A stretch of DNA of 64,000 nucleotides from an uncultured Clostridia bacterium (lineage in GTDB: Bacteria; Bacillota; Clostridia; TANB77; CAG-508): assembly GCA_934122155.1 (NCBI GenBank), contig CAKOVX010000007.1, forward strand, positions 4,924 to 68,923, written 5' to 3'. The notes under the pieces are model-generated. The model ran no database searches. It had not been told where the DNA came from and worked only from the letters and a program-made list of their open reading frames with translations. Shown piece by piece: positions 19,809 to 28,989 of this stretch. A program made the position numbers and the translations under genes. Each line of letters opens with the position of its first letter. Position 1 is the stretch's first letter.

Positions 19809-19902
19809 TTAAAATTCCCTCCTTCTAAATTTTTAGGACTTTTCTCGTCCTTTTTTGGTCGGAAGTTATAACGCACCCTGGTGTTTCTTTTATTAAACAT
19901 AT

Positions 19903-19934
19903 AAAAACCCAAGTTTGCATGATAAAATCTTGGG
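19903..19934 (-). promoter_or_regulatory. Terminator-like hairpin inside the long rpsJ leader (candidate attenuator)
   Basis: On the mRNA strand, CCCAAG-15 nt-CUUGGG is followed by UUUUUAUAUGUUU. It lies between the promoter and the rpsJ RBS. Confidence 0.45.
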
Positions 19935-20065
19935 ATAAGTGCTTATTTGTTTTTAACTTACCGCCTGGTCTAAGCCATAACATACTCCATAAGAGTTCCC
20001 TCCAAATATATATTACTATACATTTGTAGCCACATCTTACTTCATCGCTAAATACATGCTTTATT

Positions 20066-20094
20066 ATTATACAATGTATTGCTTATAAAGTCAA
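20066..20094 (-). promoter_or_regulatory. Sigma-A-type promoter of the S10 operon
   Basis: On the minus strand: TTGACT, a 17-nt spacer, then TATAAT. It lies about 250 nt upstream of the rpsJ ATG. Confidence 0.6.
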
Positions 20095-20151
20095 CTGTTA
20101 TTTGAATTTTTTCTCATTTTTTCATGTATTTATATCATATGTGGTCTCAAT

Positions 20152-20180
20152 TTTACATAATTTAAAATTTGTGGTATAAT
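20152..20180 (+). promoter_or_regulatory. Promoter of the orphan ORF at 20228
   Basis: TTTACA, a 17-nt spacer, then TATAAT with an extended -10 element (TGgTATAAT). Confidence 0.55.
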
Positions 20181-20188
20181 ATTTATAA

Positions 20189-20202
20189 CTGGTACATACC
20201 AG
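20189..20202. promoter_or_regulatory. Perfect 14-bp palindrome between promoter and RBS (candidate operator)
   Basis: CTGGTAcaTACCAG begins 9 nt after the -10 hexamer. Confidence 0.35.
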
Positions 20203-20227
20203 AATTTTATATTGAGGTGAATACTAT

Positions 20228-20611
20228 ATGATTAAAAATTTTACATCTGAAGTTACGTGGCCATTATTACCTTCTCGGTCCACAACTCTTATTTCTTTAC
20301 TAAACAGCACAGCTGTTGCTGGTAAAGCCAAAATGGTAATTGTAACAACTATACCTGTTCCCACTAGTCAGGACATTTTAGGTATTGTTCAGCTTAGTGT
20401 TACCAATAAAGAAGAAGTTAAATTTCCTATTGTTGCATCTTCTAGGTCACATCTTAGAAATTTTATTTCTCAATTTAATATGGCTTCTGCCAACTCTTGT
20501 GGTATAGAGTTTGAGCTTGTTGAACCTTCAACACTTAAGTTAACAATTTTGCCTTCTAGCGAAACTGTTGCTGAAATGGTTGACAACTTCTTTAAGCTTA
20601 CCTCTGACTAA
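20228..20611 (+). CDS. Hypothetical protein, 127 aa, no recognisable family
   Basis: It has a GAGGTG RBS, its own promoter and a downstream terminator. It is Ser/Thr/Val/Leu-rich and Lys-poor, unlike its neighbours. Confidence 0.5.
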   Translation: MIKNFTSEVTWPLLPSRSTTLISLLNSTAVAGKAKMVIVTTIPVPTSQDILGIVQLSVTNKEEVKFPIVASSRSHLRNFISQFNMASANSCGIEFELVEPSTLKLTILPSSETVAEMVDNFFKLTSD

Positions 20612-20631
20612 TATTTTCTAATGAAAATATT

Positions 20632-20666
20632 AAAAAAAGAAATACTAGAAATAGTATTTCTTTTTA
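20632..20666. terminator. Bidirectional terminator between the orphan ORF and spoVG
   Basis: Stem AAGAAATACTA / TAGTATTTCTT, flanked by an A-run and a T-run. Confidence 0.65.
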
Positions 20667-20670
20667 TTTA

Positions 20671-20952
20671 TTATTCTGCTGATTCTGAATTTTCTTCAGT
20701 TTCTGGAGCTTCATAAGCTTCTAATATAGCTTTTTGAATTTTCTCTCTTGTTTCAGCATTAATTGGATGAGCTATATCTTTGAACTCTCCATTTGGAGTT
20801 TTTCTGCTAGGCATAGCAATGAATAACCCATTTTGGCTTTCGATAACTTTGATATCATGGATAACAAATTCATTATCGAATGTTACAGAAGCAACAGCTT
20901 TCATTCTGTTTTCTGAATTTACTTTTCTTAAACGTACATCTGTAATTTGCAT
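20671..20952 (-). CDS. spoVG: Septation/regulatory protein SpoVG
   Basis: [51 protein letters not shown]. The ATG at 20952 follows AAAGGTGG, so the upstream 21 codons are probably not translated. Confidence 0.9.
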   Translation of the reverse strand: MQITDVRLRKVNSENRMKAVASVTFDNEFVIHDIKVIESQNGLFIAMPSRKTPNGEFKDIAHPINAETREKIQKAILEAYEAPETEENSESAE

Positions 20953-21237
20953 TTTTAAGTACCACCTTTCAAGTTTTTTTATACATTTCTTATGTACATT
21001 TATATTATTCGCCACTTTTTTTGTTTTTCCTTCTTTATTTTACAAAATTTATATATATTTTTTATCATCTTTAATTTTTATTTTTCACAATTATATTAAT
21101 TTTTGAATACAATTAAATATAATTATTCTCTTTTGATTAATATTATCATAAAAATATTGAAAAAATACAATATAAAGTATATAATACTTTTATCGTTTTA
21201 GATTTTAAAATATATAAACTTAAAGGAGTGTATTTTT

Positions 21238-22623
21238 TTGGCAAATTTAGATGAATTAAAACATTATAAAAATATACATATGATAGGCATTGGCGGAGTT
21301 AGCATGAGTGGCATTGCTGAAATTTTAAAGTTCTGGGGGTTTCATGTAACTGGTTCTGATTCTACTCAATCTGAAACAACTGATAAATTAATAGAAAATG
21401 GTATTAATGTTGTTATTGGGCATGATTTAGAAAACCTAGCAAAAGCTGATGTTGTAGTATATAGCGCAGCTATAAGAAAAGATGATATTGAACTTTTAAA
21501 AGCTAAAGAGCTAAATATTCCTACTATTGAGAGAGGAACATTTTTAGGAAAGATTACTAAAGCTTTTAATAATAGTATTTGTATTTCTGGTACTCATGGA
21601 AAAACTACAACTACTTCAATGATTTCTGTATGTTTTTTAGAAGCTCATAAAGACCCTTCTATTCAGGTTGGAGCATACTTAAAACAACTTCAAGGAAATT
21701 ATAGAGTTGGTAATAGTGAATATTTTATTATTGAAGCTTGTGAATATGTTGAAAGTTATTTAAAGCTATTTCCTAGAACTGAAGTTATTTTAAATATTGA
21801 TAATGATCATTTGGACTATTTTGGCACATTAGATAATATAGTTAAGTCATTTGATACATATGTTAAGCTATTGCCTGAAGATGGTTTATTAGTAATTAAT
21901 AGTGATGACCCTAATTGTAGAAAAATTGCAAAGGATGCAAAATCTAAAATAATTACATATGCATTAGAAAGTGAAAATGCTAATTTTATTGCACGAAACA
22001 TAAAATTTGATAAAGATGGATTTTCTTGTTTTGATGTTTATTATAATAATAACTTTTATAAGACAATTAAATTGTCTGTTCCTGGAATGCATAATGTTTT
22101 AAATGCTTTAGCTTGTATTGCAGTTTGTAATGAATATGGAATTTCAAAAGAGGATATAAAAAATGCATTGGTAAAATATACAGGAGCACATAGAAGGTTT
22201 GAATATGTTGGTCAATTTAATCAAGGTGTTAGTGTTTATGATGATTATGGTCATCACCCTACTGAGATCATGGCAACAGCACATGCTTTAAGTCAAAAAA
22301 GTCATAGACAATCTTGGGTTGTTTTTCAGCCACATACTTATAGTAGAACTAAAACTTTGTTAGATGACTTTGCAAAAGCACTACTTAACTTTGATAATGT
22401 AATTATTACTGACATTTATGCAGCACGAGAAGATAATGTTTATGGTATTTCTTCTCGAGATTTAGTTGATAAGTTAAAAACTACTTATAACAAAAGCGCT
22501 ATATATATGTCTGATTTTAACGAAATTGTAAAATACCTAAAAGATCATACAATAAAAAATGATATTGTATTAACTCTTGGTGCAGGTACAGTTACTAATA
22601 TAGGACCTATGTTAGTACAATAA
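21238..22623 (+). CDS. murC: UDP-N-acetylmuramate--L-alanine ligase
   Basis: Motifs HMIGIGGVSMSGIAEIL and GTHGKTTTTSMI. TTG start after AAAGGAG. Confidence 0.93.
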   Translation: MANLDELKHYKNIHMIGIGGVSMSGIAEILKFWGFHVTGSDSTQSETTDKLIENGINVVIGHDLENLAKADVVVYSAAIRKDDIELLKAKELNIPTIERGTFLGKITKAFNNSICISGTHGKTTTTSMISVCFLEAHKDPSIQVGAYLKQLQGNYRVGNSEYFIIEACEYVESYLKLFPRTEVILNIDNDHLDYFGTLDNIVKSFDTYVKLLPEDGLLVINSDDPNCRKIAKDAKSKIITYALESENANFIARNIKFDKDGFSCFDVYYNNNFYKTIKLSVPGMHNVLNALACIAVCNEYGISKEDIKNALVKYTGAHRRFEYVGQFNQGVSVYDDYGHHPTEIMATAHALSQKSHRQSWVVFQPHTYSRTKTLLDDFAKALLNFDNVIITDIYAAREDNVYGISSRDLVDKLKTTYNKSAIYMSDFNEIVKYLKDHTIKNDIVLTLGAGTVTNIGPMLVQ

Positions 22624-22650
22624 AAAATGGTACATAATGTACCATTTTTT
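22624..22650. terminator. Bidirectional terminator (murC and the transglutaminase-like gene)
   Basis: AAAAATGGTACA-taa-TGTACCATTTTT. Confidence 0.7.
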
Positions 22651-22663
22651 ATTTTTGTATAGA

Positions 22664-23797
22664 TTATTGTATATTATAATTATTAGTTGATAATTTTGGA
22701 TAAGTAAATTTTATGCTGTTTTCTGAAAGGGTTCCATTTTCAGTGTGGTTTTTAAAGAATTCCTCAGACCCCTTTAAAAAGTATTTATATTTTTGATCTT
22801 CGCTTAATGTTTGATCTCCATTTATAATCGGGTCATCCCAAGTAACATCAATTGCATACCAATTTTCGTCAATTTGTACATAGTCCCATGCATGTACCTC
22901 AGTATTTCCTGTTGTATTTTGTGCAGTTCCTGCTACTAGCACACAAGGCACTCCTATTTGCTCCATTATATATTTAAAACTTCTTGCATATCCCTCACAT
23001 ACTGCCTTTTTATCATGTAATGCCCCATATATGTTATATTTATTGCTTTTTTCCTCTTCTGATTGATCATATTCTATAACACTTACTAGCCAGTCATGCA
23101 CTTTTTTTACTTTTTGAATATTTGTATCATTTTTTGTTTGTTCTTTAATTTGTTTTGTAATATTGTTTATATATTTTTCTGCCTTTTCTATTGTTTCTTG
23201 GTTTTGAAAATCATTTTGTAAATAGTTGCCTGAGTTAACTGGACCTATTGATATATAATATGTTGTTATTCCACCTAAAGATCTGCTCTCTTTTATTAAA
23301 TTTATTTTGTTTATATCTATATAAAACAAGTCATTTTGATCATATGAAAATGCATTCCAAGCTGACTGAAAAGCTGTATTCAAAGTTTCTTCTCCATTTT
23401 CTGAATGTAAAAGTGTATTAAAACTTGTTCCAAAATCAAATACATATGTCCCAGTTTTTAGCTTGTCCTTTTCTTGTTGTAGTTTGTTGTATATTGACTT
23501 TCCATATGTGTCTAATTGGCTATAATAATAATTTTCAGTAGTTGTTGGTTTAGTTATTGGCTCACTTACTATATTTTCATCTATCGGAGTTGAATTTTCA
23601 TTTGGTGTATTAGTAGTATTGTTGTTTTCTATTTCATTTATATTTGATTCAATATTTGTATTTTGTACATTGCTTTCATTCGCGTTTGTTTGCTTTTTTT
23701 GGTTTAGCATTTGTTGCATTACAACTATACCTGCTGCTATTGCTATTATTAAAATTGCTATTATTACAATAGTTATTATAAATGTTCTTTTTTTCAT
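22664..23797 (-). CDS. Membrane-anchored transglutaminase-like (papain-fold Cys-His-Asp) protein with an Asn/Thr-rich linker
   Basis: An N-terminal TM helix is followed by the core CEGYARSFKYIM...EVHAWDYVQIDENWYAIDVTWDD. Confidence 0.75.
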   Translation of the reverse strand: MKKRTFIITIVIIAILIIAIAAGIVVMQQMLNQKKQTNANESNVQNTNIESNINEIENNNTTNTPNENSTPIDENIVSEPITKPTTTENYYYSQLDTYGKSIYNKLQQEKDKLKTGTYVFDFGTSFNTLLHSENGEETLNTAFQSAWNAFSYDQNDLFYIDINKINLIKESRSLGGITTYYISIGPVNSGNYLQNDFQNQETIEKAEKYINNITKQIKEQTKNDTNIQKVKKVHDWLVSVIEYDQSEEEKSNKYNIYGALHDKKAVCEGYARSFKYIMEQIGVPCVLVAGTAQNTTGNTEVHAWDYVQIDENWYAIDVTWDDPIINGDQTLSEDQKYKYFLKGSEEFFKNHTENGTLSENSIKFTYPKLSTNNYNIQ

Positions 23798-23828
23798 TTT
23801 TACCTCACAAAATTACTATATTATATTT

Positions 23829-25046
23829 TTACTCTGTTTCTCTCATCTGTTTTAGCATTATATCTGCAAATACACCATACCCCATAGTCGAATCATTTAC
23901 AAGTACATGTGTAACTGCTCCTACAAATTTTCCATTTTGTATTATTGGTGCACCACTCATTCCTTGAATTATTCCTCCTGTTTTTTCAATTAGTTTTTGG
24001 TCTGTTACCTTAATTAGCATACTTTTATTATCTTTATTATTATTTACAAAAACTTTTTGAATTTCTATATCAAAATGCTCTTTTTTTCCATTTTCTAGTT
24101 CACAAATAATTTGTGCTTTTCCTGTTTTTATTTCTTCTCGTAATGCTACATCTATTGCTTTTTGTTCTGATATATTTATATATGGTGTTTTTTCTAGAGT
24201 TCCAAAAACTCCAAAGCTTGTATTTTTAGAAATTTTTCCAATTGTATGTCCTGATTCTATTGTACCTCTTATTTCTCCCGGTGCTCCTCTTCTGCCTTTT
24301 GTAATACTTACTATATTTGTAGTTACCAATTCACCATTTGCAATTTTTATAAGTTCTGATGTGTCTATATCTATTATTCCATGTCCTAATGTAGCAAACA
24401 TATTAGAATCTGGCTCATAAAAAGTTAGTGTTCCTACCCCTGCTGCTGCATCTCTAACCCATAAGCCTATTTTATATTTGTTTTCATTGTTTTTTACTGG
24501 AGTTATACTAGTAGTAACCGTTTTTTCATCTCTTATATATTTTACAGATATTTTATTTCCATCACATTTATCAACTGCATTTATTAAATCATCTGTATTT
24601 TCTATTTGGTCTTGGTCTATTTGTACAATTCTATCTCCTTCTTTTATTCCAGAGTTTTCATATGGTTTTTTCCCATTTATTTCAGACATTCCAACTACTA
24701 AAACTCCATCTGTATACAATTTCATACCAATTGTACTCCCAATTGGTATGACTTTTGTATTTGGAATAACGTCTACTTGTATATTTTTTAAAGAAAACAA
24801 ATTAAATAAGCTTAACTTGAGATTTATTTTTCCTGATTCATTTAATTTTGTTTTATTTATATTGCTTGCTGTTTGTATTGTTGATGATTTATTGGTTTGC
24901 TTTATTGAAAGTCCAAGAAGTGTATATATATTAAGTTTTTCACCTTGTATTATTATATAATTGTCTGGAGTTAAACTAATATTGCAAACATAAGCAAATA
25001 CTAATAATAATATAATAATTATAACTATTTTTTTAATTAAATTCAT
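23829..25046 (-). CDS. spoIVB: SpoIVB-type (S55) serine peptidase with a PDZ domain
   Basis: The PDZ region (NSGIKEGDRIVQID) is followed by S55 motifs LWVRDAAAGVGTLTFYEP, ATLGHGI and IIQGMSGAPIIQNGKFVGAVTH. The ATG at 25046 follows AAGGAG. Confidence 0.85.
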   Translation of the reverse strand: MNLIKKIVIIIILLLVFAYVCNISLTPDNYIIIQGEKLNIYTLLGLSIKQTNKSSTIQTASNINKTKLNESGKINLKLSLFNLFSLKNIQVDVIPNTKVIPIGSTIGMKLYTDGVLVVGMSEINGKKPYENSGIKEGDRIVQIDQDQIENTDDLINAVDKCDGNKISVKYIRDEKTVTTSITPVKNNENKYKIGLWVRDAAAGVGTLTFYEPDSNMFATLGHGIIDIDTSELIKIANGELVTTNIVSITKGRRGAPGEIRGTIESGHTIGKISKNTSFGVFGTLEKTPYINISEQKAIDVALREEIKTGKAQIICELENGKKEHFDIEIQKVFVNNNKDNKSMLIKVTDQKLIEKTGGIIQGMSGAPIIQNGKFVGAVTHVLVNDSTMGYGVFADIMLKQMRETE

Positions 25047-25118
25047 ATGGTCACTCCTTTTTATTAGAGTAACCATATTTTTATTTTTTAAACACTTTTA
25101 ATTGTACTTTTTGTACTG

Positions 25119-28100
25119 TTATTTGCTTTTTACTTTTACAAATACAAGTTTTTCTATTTCTTCTCCTGGTTGAAGTTTTCCTTTCCAATTATATGTTAAT
25201 GTACTATCTACATAGTAATTAAAGTATCTATTAACATAATATCTATCTTTACTATATCTTCTATATTTAGGATCTCTTTCTCTGTAATAATTACTATATT
25301 TTGTATTAATTGAATTTGTCCACCAATTTTGTCCTAGCTGATCTTCTTGTGTATCATTATCTCCCATCCATATTCCATTTAAGTCTGATAAAAATGTTAA
25401 TTCAAGCTTGATATCACTATAATTTACAGTCATTTTTTGTAAGTCTTGATCATATGATGTACTTGTTTTATAAGTACGTCTTACACGATATCTGTTTCGT
25501 ACATTTTCTATTGAGTCACAATATGTAGATACCCCATAGTCAACTGAATAAGAATTTGGATTTTTTATTATATATTTTAATGTTATACAATCTGCTCTTT
25601 CTTCATCTATTTCAAGTTTGACATCTATGTTACCCTGTTTTCTAATTTTAAAACCAGTGTTTCCATTAGTAACAGAATTAAATGATCTATAATTTGAAGA
25701 AATTCTTTCTTTAATATCAAACCTCATTTGGTCATTTTGATATGGATATTCTATATAGTAGTCCTCTTTAACTATTACCTGGCATTGTTGATTACATACA
25801 CTTCCATCTGCTGCTCTAACAGTTATTGTTACTTTTCCTCTATCTATTGCTGTAACAGTTCCGTCTTGGCTTACCTGTGCTATACTCTCATCACTACTGC
25901 TCCATATTAATTTTGTTGTTGGCTTATCAGGAGTTATTTGTGCAGTTATCTTCTTTTTGTCTTTTCTATACATTTCTATTAAGTTAGTTGAAATAGTTAT
26001 ATTTCTTTTTAATACTTTGATTTTGCATTTTTGTGTTGATTGTATTCCACTTCCATCTTGTGCGGTTGCAATTATTTCTGTTTCACCAACAGATACCGCT
26101 GTAACAGTTCCATTTTGATCTACCTTTGCTACATCTTCATTTATACTATCCCATCTTATATTTTTATCTTGAGCTTCATCTGGTAAAACAGTTGCAGATA
26201 TATGAGTTGTTTCTCCAGAATATAATGAAACTTCTTTTGGTGTTAGTATTATTTCTTGTATTTTCTTTGGTACTACTGTTACTGTACATCTTGCTGTCAC
26301 ATTGCTTCCATCTGTTGCACTTACTATGATACTAGTTGTTCCAACTTTCTTACCTGTTATTACTCCATCTGCTGTTACTGTCGCAATGCTTTCATCTTCA
26401 CTTGTATATATTACTTCTTTCTTAGTTATGTTTTCTGGGTAAACCTTTGCTGTTATTTTACGTGTAGCATCTACTGCAAGAATTACATTTGTTTTATCTA
26501 ATGTTATAGCTGTTGCTAATACTGGCTTAATTGTTACAGTTACTTTACATCTAGCAGTTACACCACTTCCGTCTTCTGCGGTAGCTGTTATATAAGCTTC
26601 TCCAGCATTTACAGCTGTAATTCTTCCTGTCTCATATTCCACTTCAGCAACATTTTCATTGCTACTCGTCCATCCTACTGTTTTATTTGTTGCATTATCT
26701 GGTTCTACATTATATGTTGGTGTATATTTTTCTCCAACATACATCAATAATTCTTCTGGGTCTATTGTTATTTTACTTACTTTTTCATCTACTACTGTTA
26801 TGTAGCAATCTGCACTTGCATAACTTCCGTCTTGTGCTGTAACAGTAATCTTTGCTTTACCCTCTCTAATTGCTGTCACTTTGCCTTGTTCATCTACTGT
26901 TACTACATTTGTGTCATCACTATACCAAGCAAGTTTAGTTCCAGCAGGTTTTACTGTTGCCCTCAAATATCTAGACTCTCTTTTATGCATTTCTATGCTA
27001 ATTGGTTCTACTGTTACTTCTGTTTTTTCTTTCACATCACTGTTTATGTCAGCTTCTTTTACTCCATTAATTGAATCCATTTCAACTTGATATAAATCAT
27101 ATGATTCTCGTGCTAGAGCTTTAATATATTCTTCTCTAATCTTTTTGAATCTTTCATTTTCAGTTCCTGGTTTTGAGGCATCATATTTTACTTTTTCAGA
27201 GTCACTTGCTTCATCGTATTCTTTTATTTGCCCTTGTAGTACTTGTTCAGTAGTAAACGCATCTGATGCATTTACTATACAATAATAGCATGCTGTTATT
27301 TTTTTGTCTGCTATATTTTGAGGGTAAAAATACATATAATTGTTTTCTGATATTCTAACTGTTTGCCTTATAAGGTTAATGTTAGAATATGCTACAACTA
27401 TTGGGTCTGTTAATTCTTCTAATAAATGTTTACATCCTACAAAGTGATATTCCCTTGCTTCAGTTGTTGGGTTTTGAGTTATAACATAAACATTTTCTTT
27501 TTTTACATTTTCTTCATTATTATTATTTGTTAATACACAATAATTATTATAATATTTATGTCCTATTGGTATTCCTTGCAAAAGCGAAATAACAGACACA
27601 TTATTTGTTATCTTTTCCCAGTCGGTCTCTAACAAACTTGGTAAACTAAAATCATAACTATTACTTGAATATAAGTTATATTGTGCTATTGCTGTTATTA
27701 AATTTGATTCTATTGAATTTTTTATAACTGCTCTACGGTTCTCATTAAAGACTGAGTATGCCATTAATGGATTGTTGTTTGAACTAGCTACAAAAATTTC
27801 ATCTCTACCTGTGTTTACATCAAAGTTTATTTTTGCTCCATTTTCATCAATTGCATTATTTTGTGATATACCTTTTGTTAAGTTTGCAACTTGCTCACTA
27901 AACATTTTTGCATTATAGTAATATTCGAATGCGCTTGTGCTATGTAGAGCTCCATCATAAGTTCTATTAGTTAAGTATTGAAACATTTTTGCATTAGATA
28001 CAGAGTTTGTTACATATTGCTTGGCATAATTTTGATATGTAAAATACATTTTAGATAAAGCAGTTGATGTTTTTTCATAATATATTTTTTGTCCATTATA

Positions 28101-28865
28101 TGTAAGATAATTGTAATCACCTTTTGAACCATCTGCAAATAATAAATGTTCTGTTAAAACTTCTGGTCCTATTGTTATTGTGTCATCATCATCATGTTTT
28201 TCATGTATGTCATATGTCAACTTCCAATTTCTAGGTGTTCCCATTATATTTCCTGCTGTATCAACTAAATTGTTTGATATATTTACACTATTAGGATTTA
28301 TTAAGTATCCAGATAATGTTTTATACACTTTTTGTCCATCAACTGTAAATGTACCATAAATTGTAATTGCATTATCTAAAGTATAGTTTACAACAAATTC
28401 CCTTGATGAATCTTTATACCTGCAAGCATAATATATGTATGGCTTTAAGCCATAATTTGCATTAGCATCATTTTCATTTGTATATATTGTTCCTCCGTTT
28501 TCTGGATACATATTATCGTATTTGCTATATATATAATATCCATCATATAATGTATATACTAATGCTGGTGTATATGCCTGCATTTCTTCTTGTGTTAGGT
28601 ATTCATTATTTGACATTGAATTATAAAATGTTTTAATTGATGCTTCAATATCTCTTATTTTTGAATCACTAACAGTTGAATATCTATTATTTACTGTATT
28701 TATTTGCCAAGCTGTAATAGCGTCATATGTTGCATTTGTTAATTTTGTATCATATTTAGTTTGCAAAGTTATTGTATCTATTTGTGAGCCGATATATGAT
28801 GACATTACCATAGCTATTGGTAAAATTATGATAACAAAAATTACAGCAATATGTTGAATTTTCAT
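25119..28865 (-). CDS. 1248-aa surface protein: N-terminal hydrophobic helix, ~600-aa unassigned domain, five Big_2 Ig-like repeats and a ~215-aa Tyr/Arg/Asn-rich C-terminal domain
   Basis: The N-terminus is MKIQHIAVIFVIIILPIAMVMSSY. The repeats have the form ...VTA(V/I)xxGxAxITATAxDGSxxxAxCxVTV. It is the last gene of the filament cluster. Confidence 0.8.
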   Translation of the reverse strand: MKIQHIAVIFVIIILPIAMVMSSYIGSQIDTITLQTKYDTKLTNATYDAITAWQINTVNNRYSTVSDSKIRDIEASIKTFYNSMSNNEYLTQEEMQAYTPALVYTLYDGYYIYSKYDNMYPENGGTIYTNENDANANYGLKPYIYYACRYKDSSREFVVNYTLDNAITIYGTFTVDGQKVYKTLSGYLINPNSVNISNNLVDTAGNIMGTPRNWKLTYDIHEKHDDDDTITIGPEVLTEHLLFADGSKGDYNYLTYNGQKIYYEKTSTALSKMYFTYQNYAKQYVTNSVSNAKMFQYLTNRTYDGALHSTSAFEYYYNAKMFSEQVANLTKGISQNNAIDENGAKINFDVNTGRDEIFVASSNNNPLMAYSVFNENRRAVIKNSIESNLITAIAQYNLYSSNSYDFSLPSLLETDWEKITNNVSVISLLQGIPIGHKYYNNYCVLTNNNNEENVKKENVYVITQNPTTEAREYHFVGCKHLLEELTDPIVVAYSNINLIRQTVRISENNYMYFYPQNIADKKITACYYCIVNASDAFTTEQVLQGQIKEYDEASDSEKVKYDASKPGTENERFKKIREEYIKALARESYDLYQVEMDSINGVKEADINSDVKEKTEVTVEPISIEMHKRESRYLRATVKPAGTKLAWYSDDTNVVTVDEQGKVTAIREGKAKITVTAQDGSYASADCYITVVDEKVSKITIDPEELLMYVGEKYTPTYNVEPDNATNKTVGWTSSNENVAEVEYETGRITAVNAGEAYITATAEDGSGVTARCKVTVTIKPVLATAITLDKTNVILAVDATRKITAKVYPENITKKEVIYTSEDESIATVTADGVITGKKVGTTSIIVSATDGSNVTARCTVTVVPKKIQEIILTPKEVSLYSGETTHISATVLPDEAQDKNIRWDSINEDVAKVDQNGTVTAVSVGETEIIATAQDGSGIQSTQKCKIKVLKRNITISTNLIEMYRKDKKKITAQITPDKPTTKLIWSSSDESIAQVSQDGTVTAIDRGKVTITVRAADGSVCNQQCQVIVKEDYYIEYPYQNDQMRFDIKERISSNYRSFNSVTNGNTGFKIRKQGNIDVKLEIDEERADCITLKYIIKNPNSYSVDYGVSTYCDSIENVRNRYRVRRTYKTSTSYDQDLQKMTVNYSDIKLELTFLSDLNGIWMGDNDTQEDQLGQNWWTNSINTKYSNYYRERDPKYRRYSKDRYYVNRYFNYYVDSTLTYNWKGKLQPGEEIEKLVFVKVKSK
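25770..27011 (-). repeat. Five tandem ~83-codon Big_2 (bacterial Ig-like group 2) repeats within the giant CDS (aa 619-1032)
   Basis: The repeated pattern is TSS/SSD-x-xVAxV-xxxGxVTAxxxGxxxIxxxAxDGS...CxVxV. The repeats have diverged at the DNA level. Confidence 0.8.
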
Positions 28866-28920
28866 ACCTTTCTCCCATTTTATAAATTTATATATATCTG
28901 TATGGTATTAGTCTCTATAA

Positions 28921-28966
28921 TTTAAAAATAAGGAAGTAGATTTATGCTACTCCCTATTCATAGGGA
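28921..28966 (-). promoter_or_regulatory. Two overlapping hairpins upstream of the giant gene; the second is terminator-like
   Basis: On the mRNA strand, UCCCUAUgaAUAGGGA is followed by GGAGUAG-cauaaau-CUACUUCC and then UUAUUUUUAAA. The two stems share 3 nt. Confidence 0.4.
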
Positions 28967-28989
28967 CTTTTTAAAAATCCCAAAAATTA

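Noticed and set aside
20100-20227. The recurring TTTGTGGTATAAT-like boxes (also at about 42615, 49995 and 52680), considered as a special regulatory motif.
   Set aside because: They are adequately explained as extended -10 (TGnTATAAT) sigma-A promoters of an AT-rich Firmicute.
23560-23700. An Asn/Thr-rich low-complexity stretch in the transglutaminase-like protein, considered as a DNA tandem repeat or contingency locus.
   Set aside because: I could find no exact nucleotide repeat unit. It looks like a compositionally biased linker, which is typical of AT-rich genomes.
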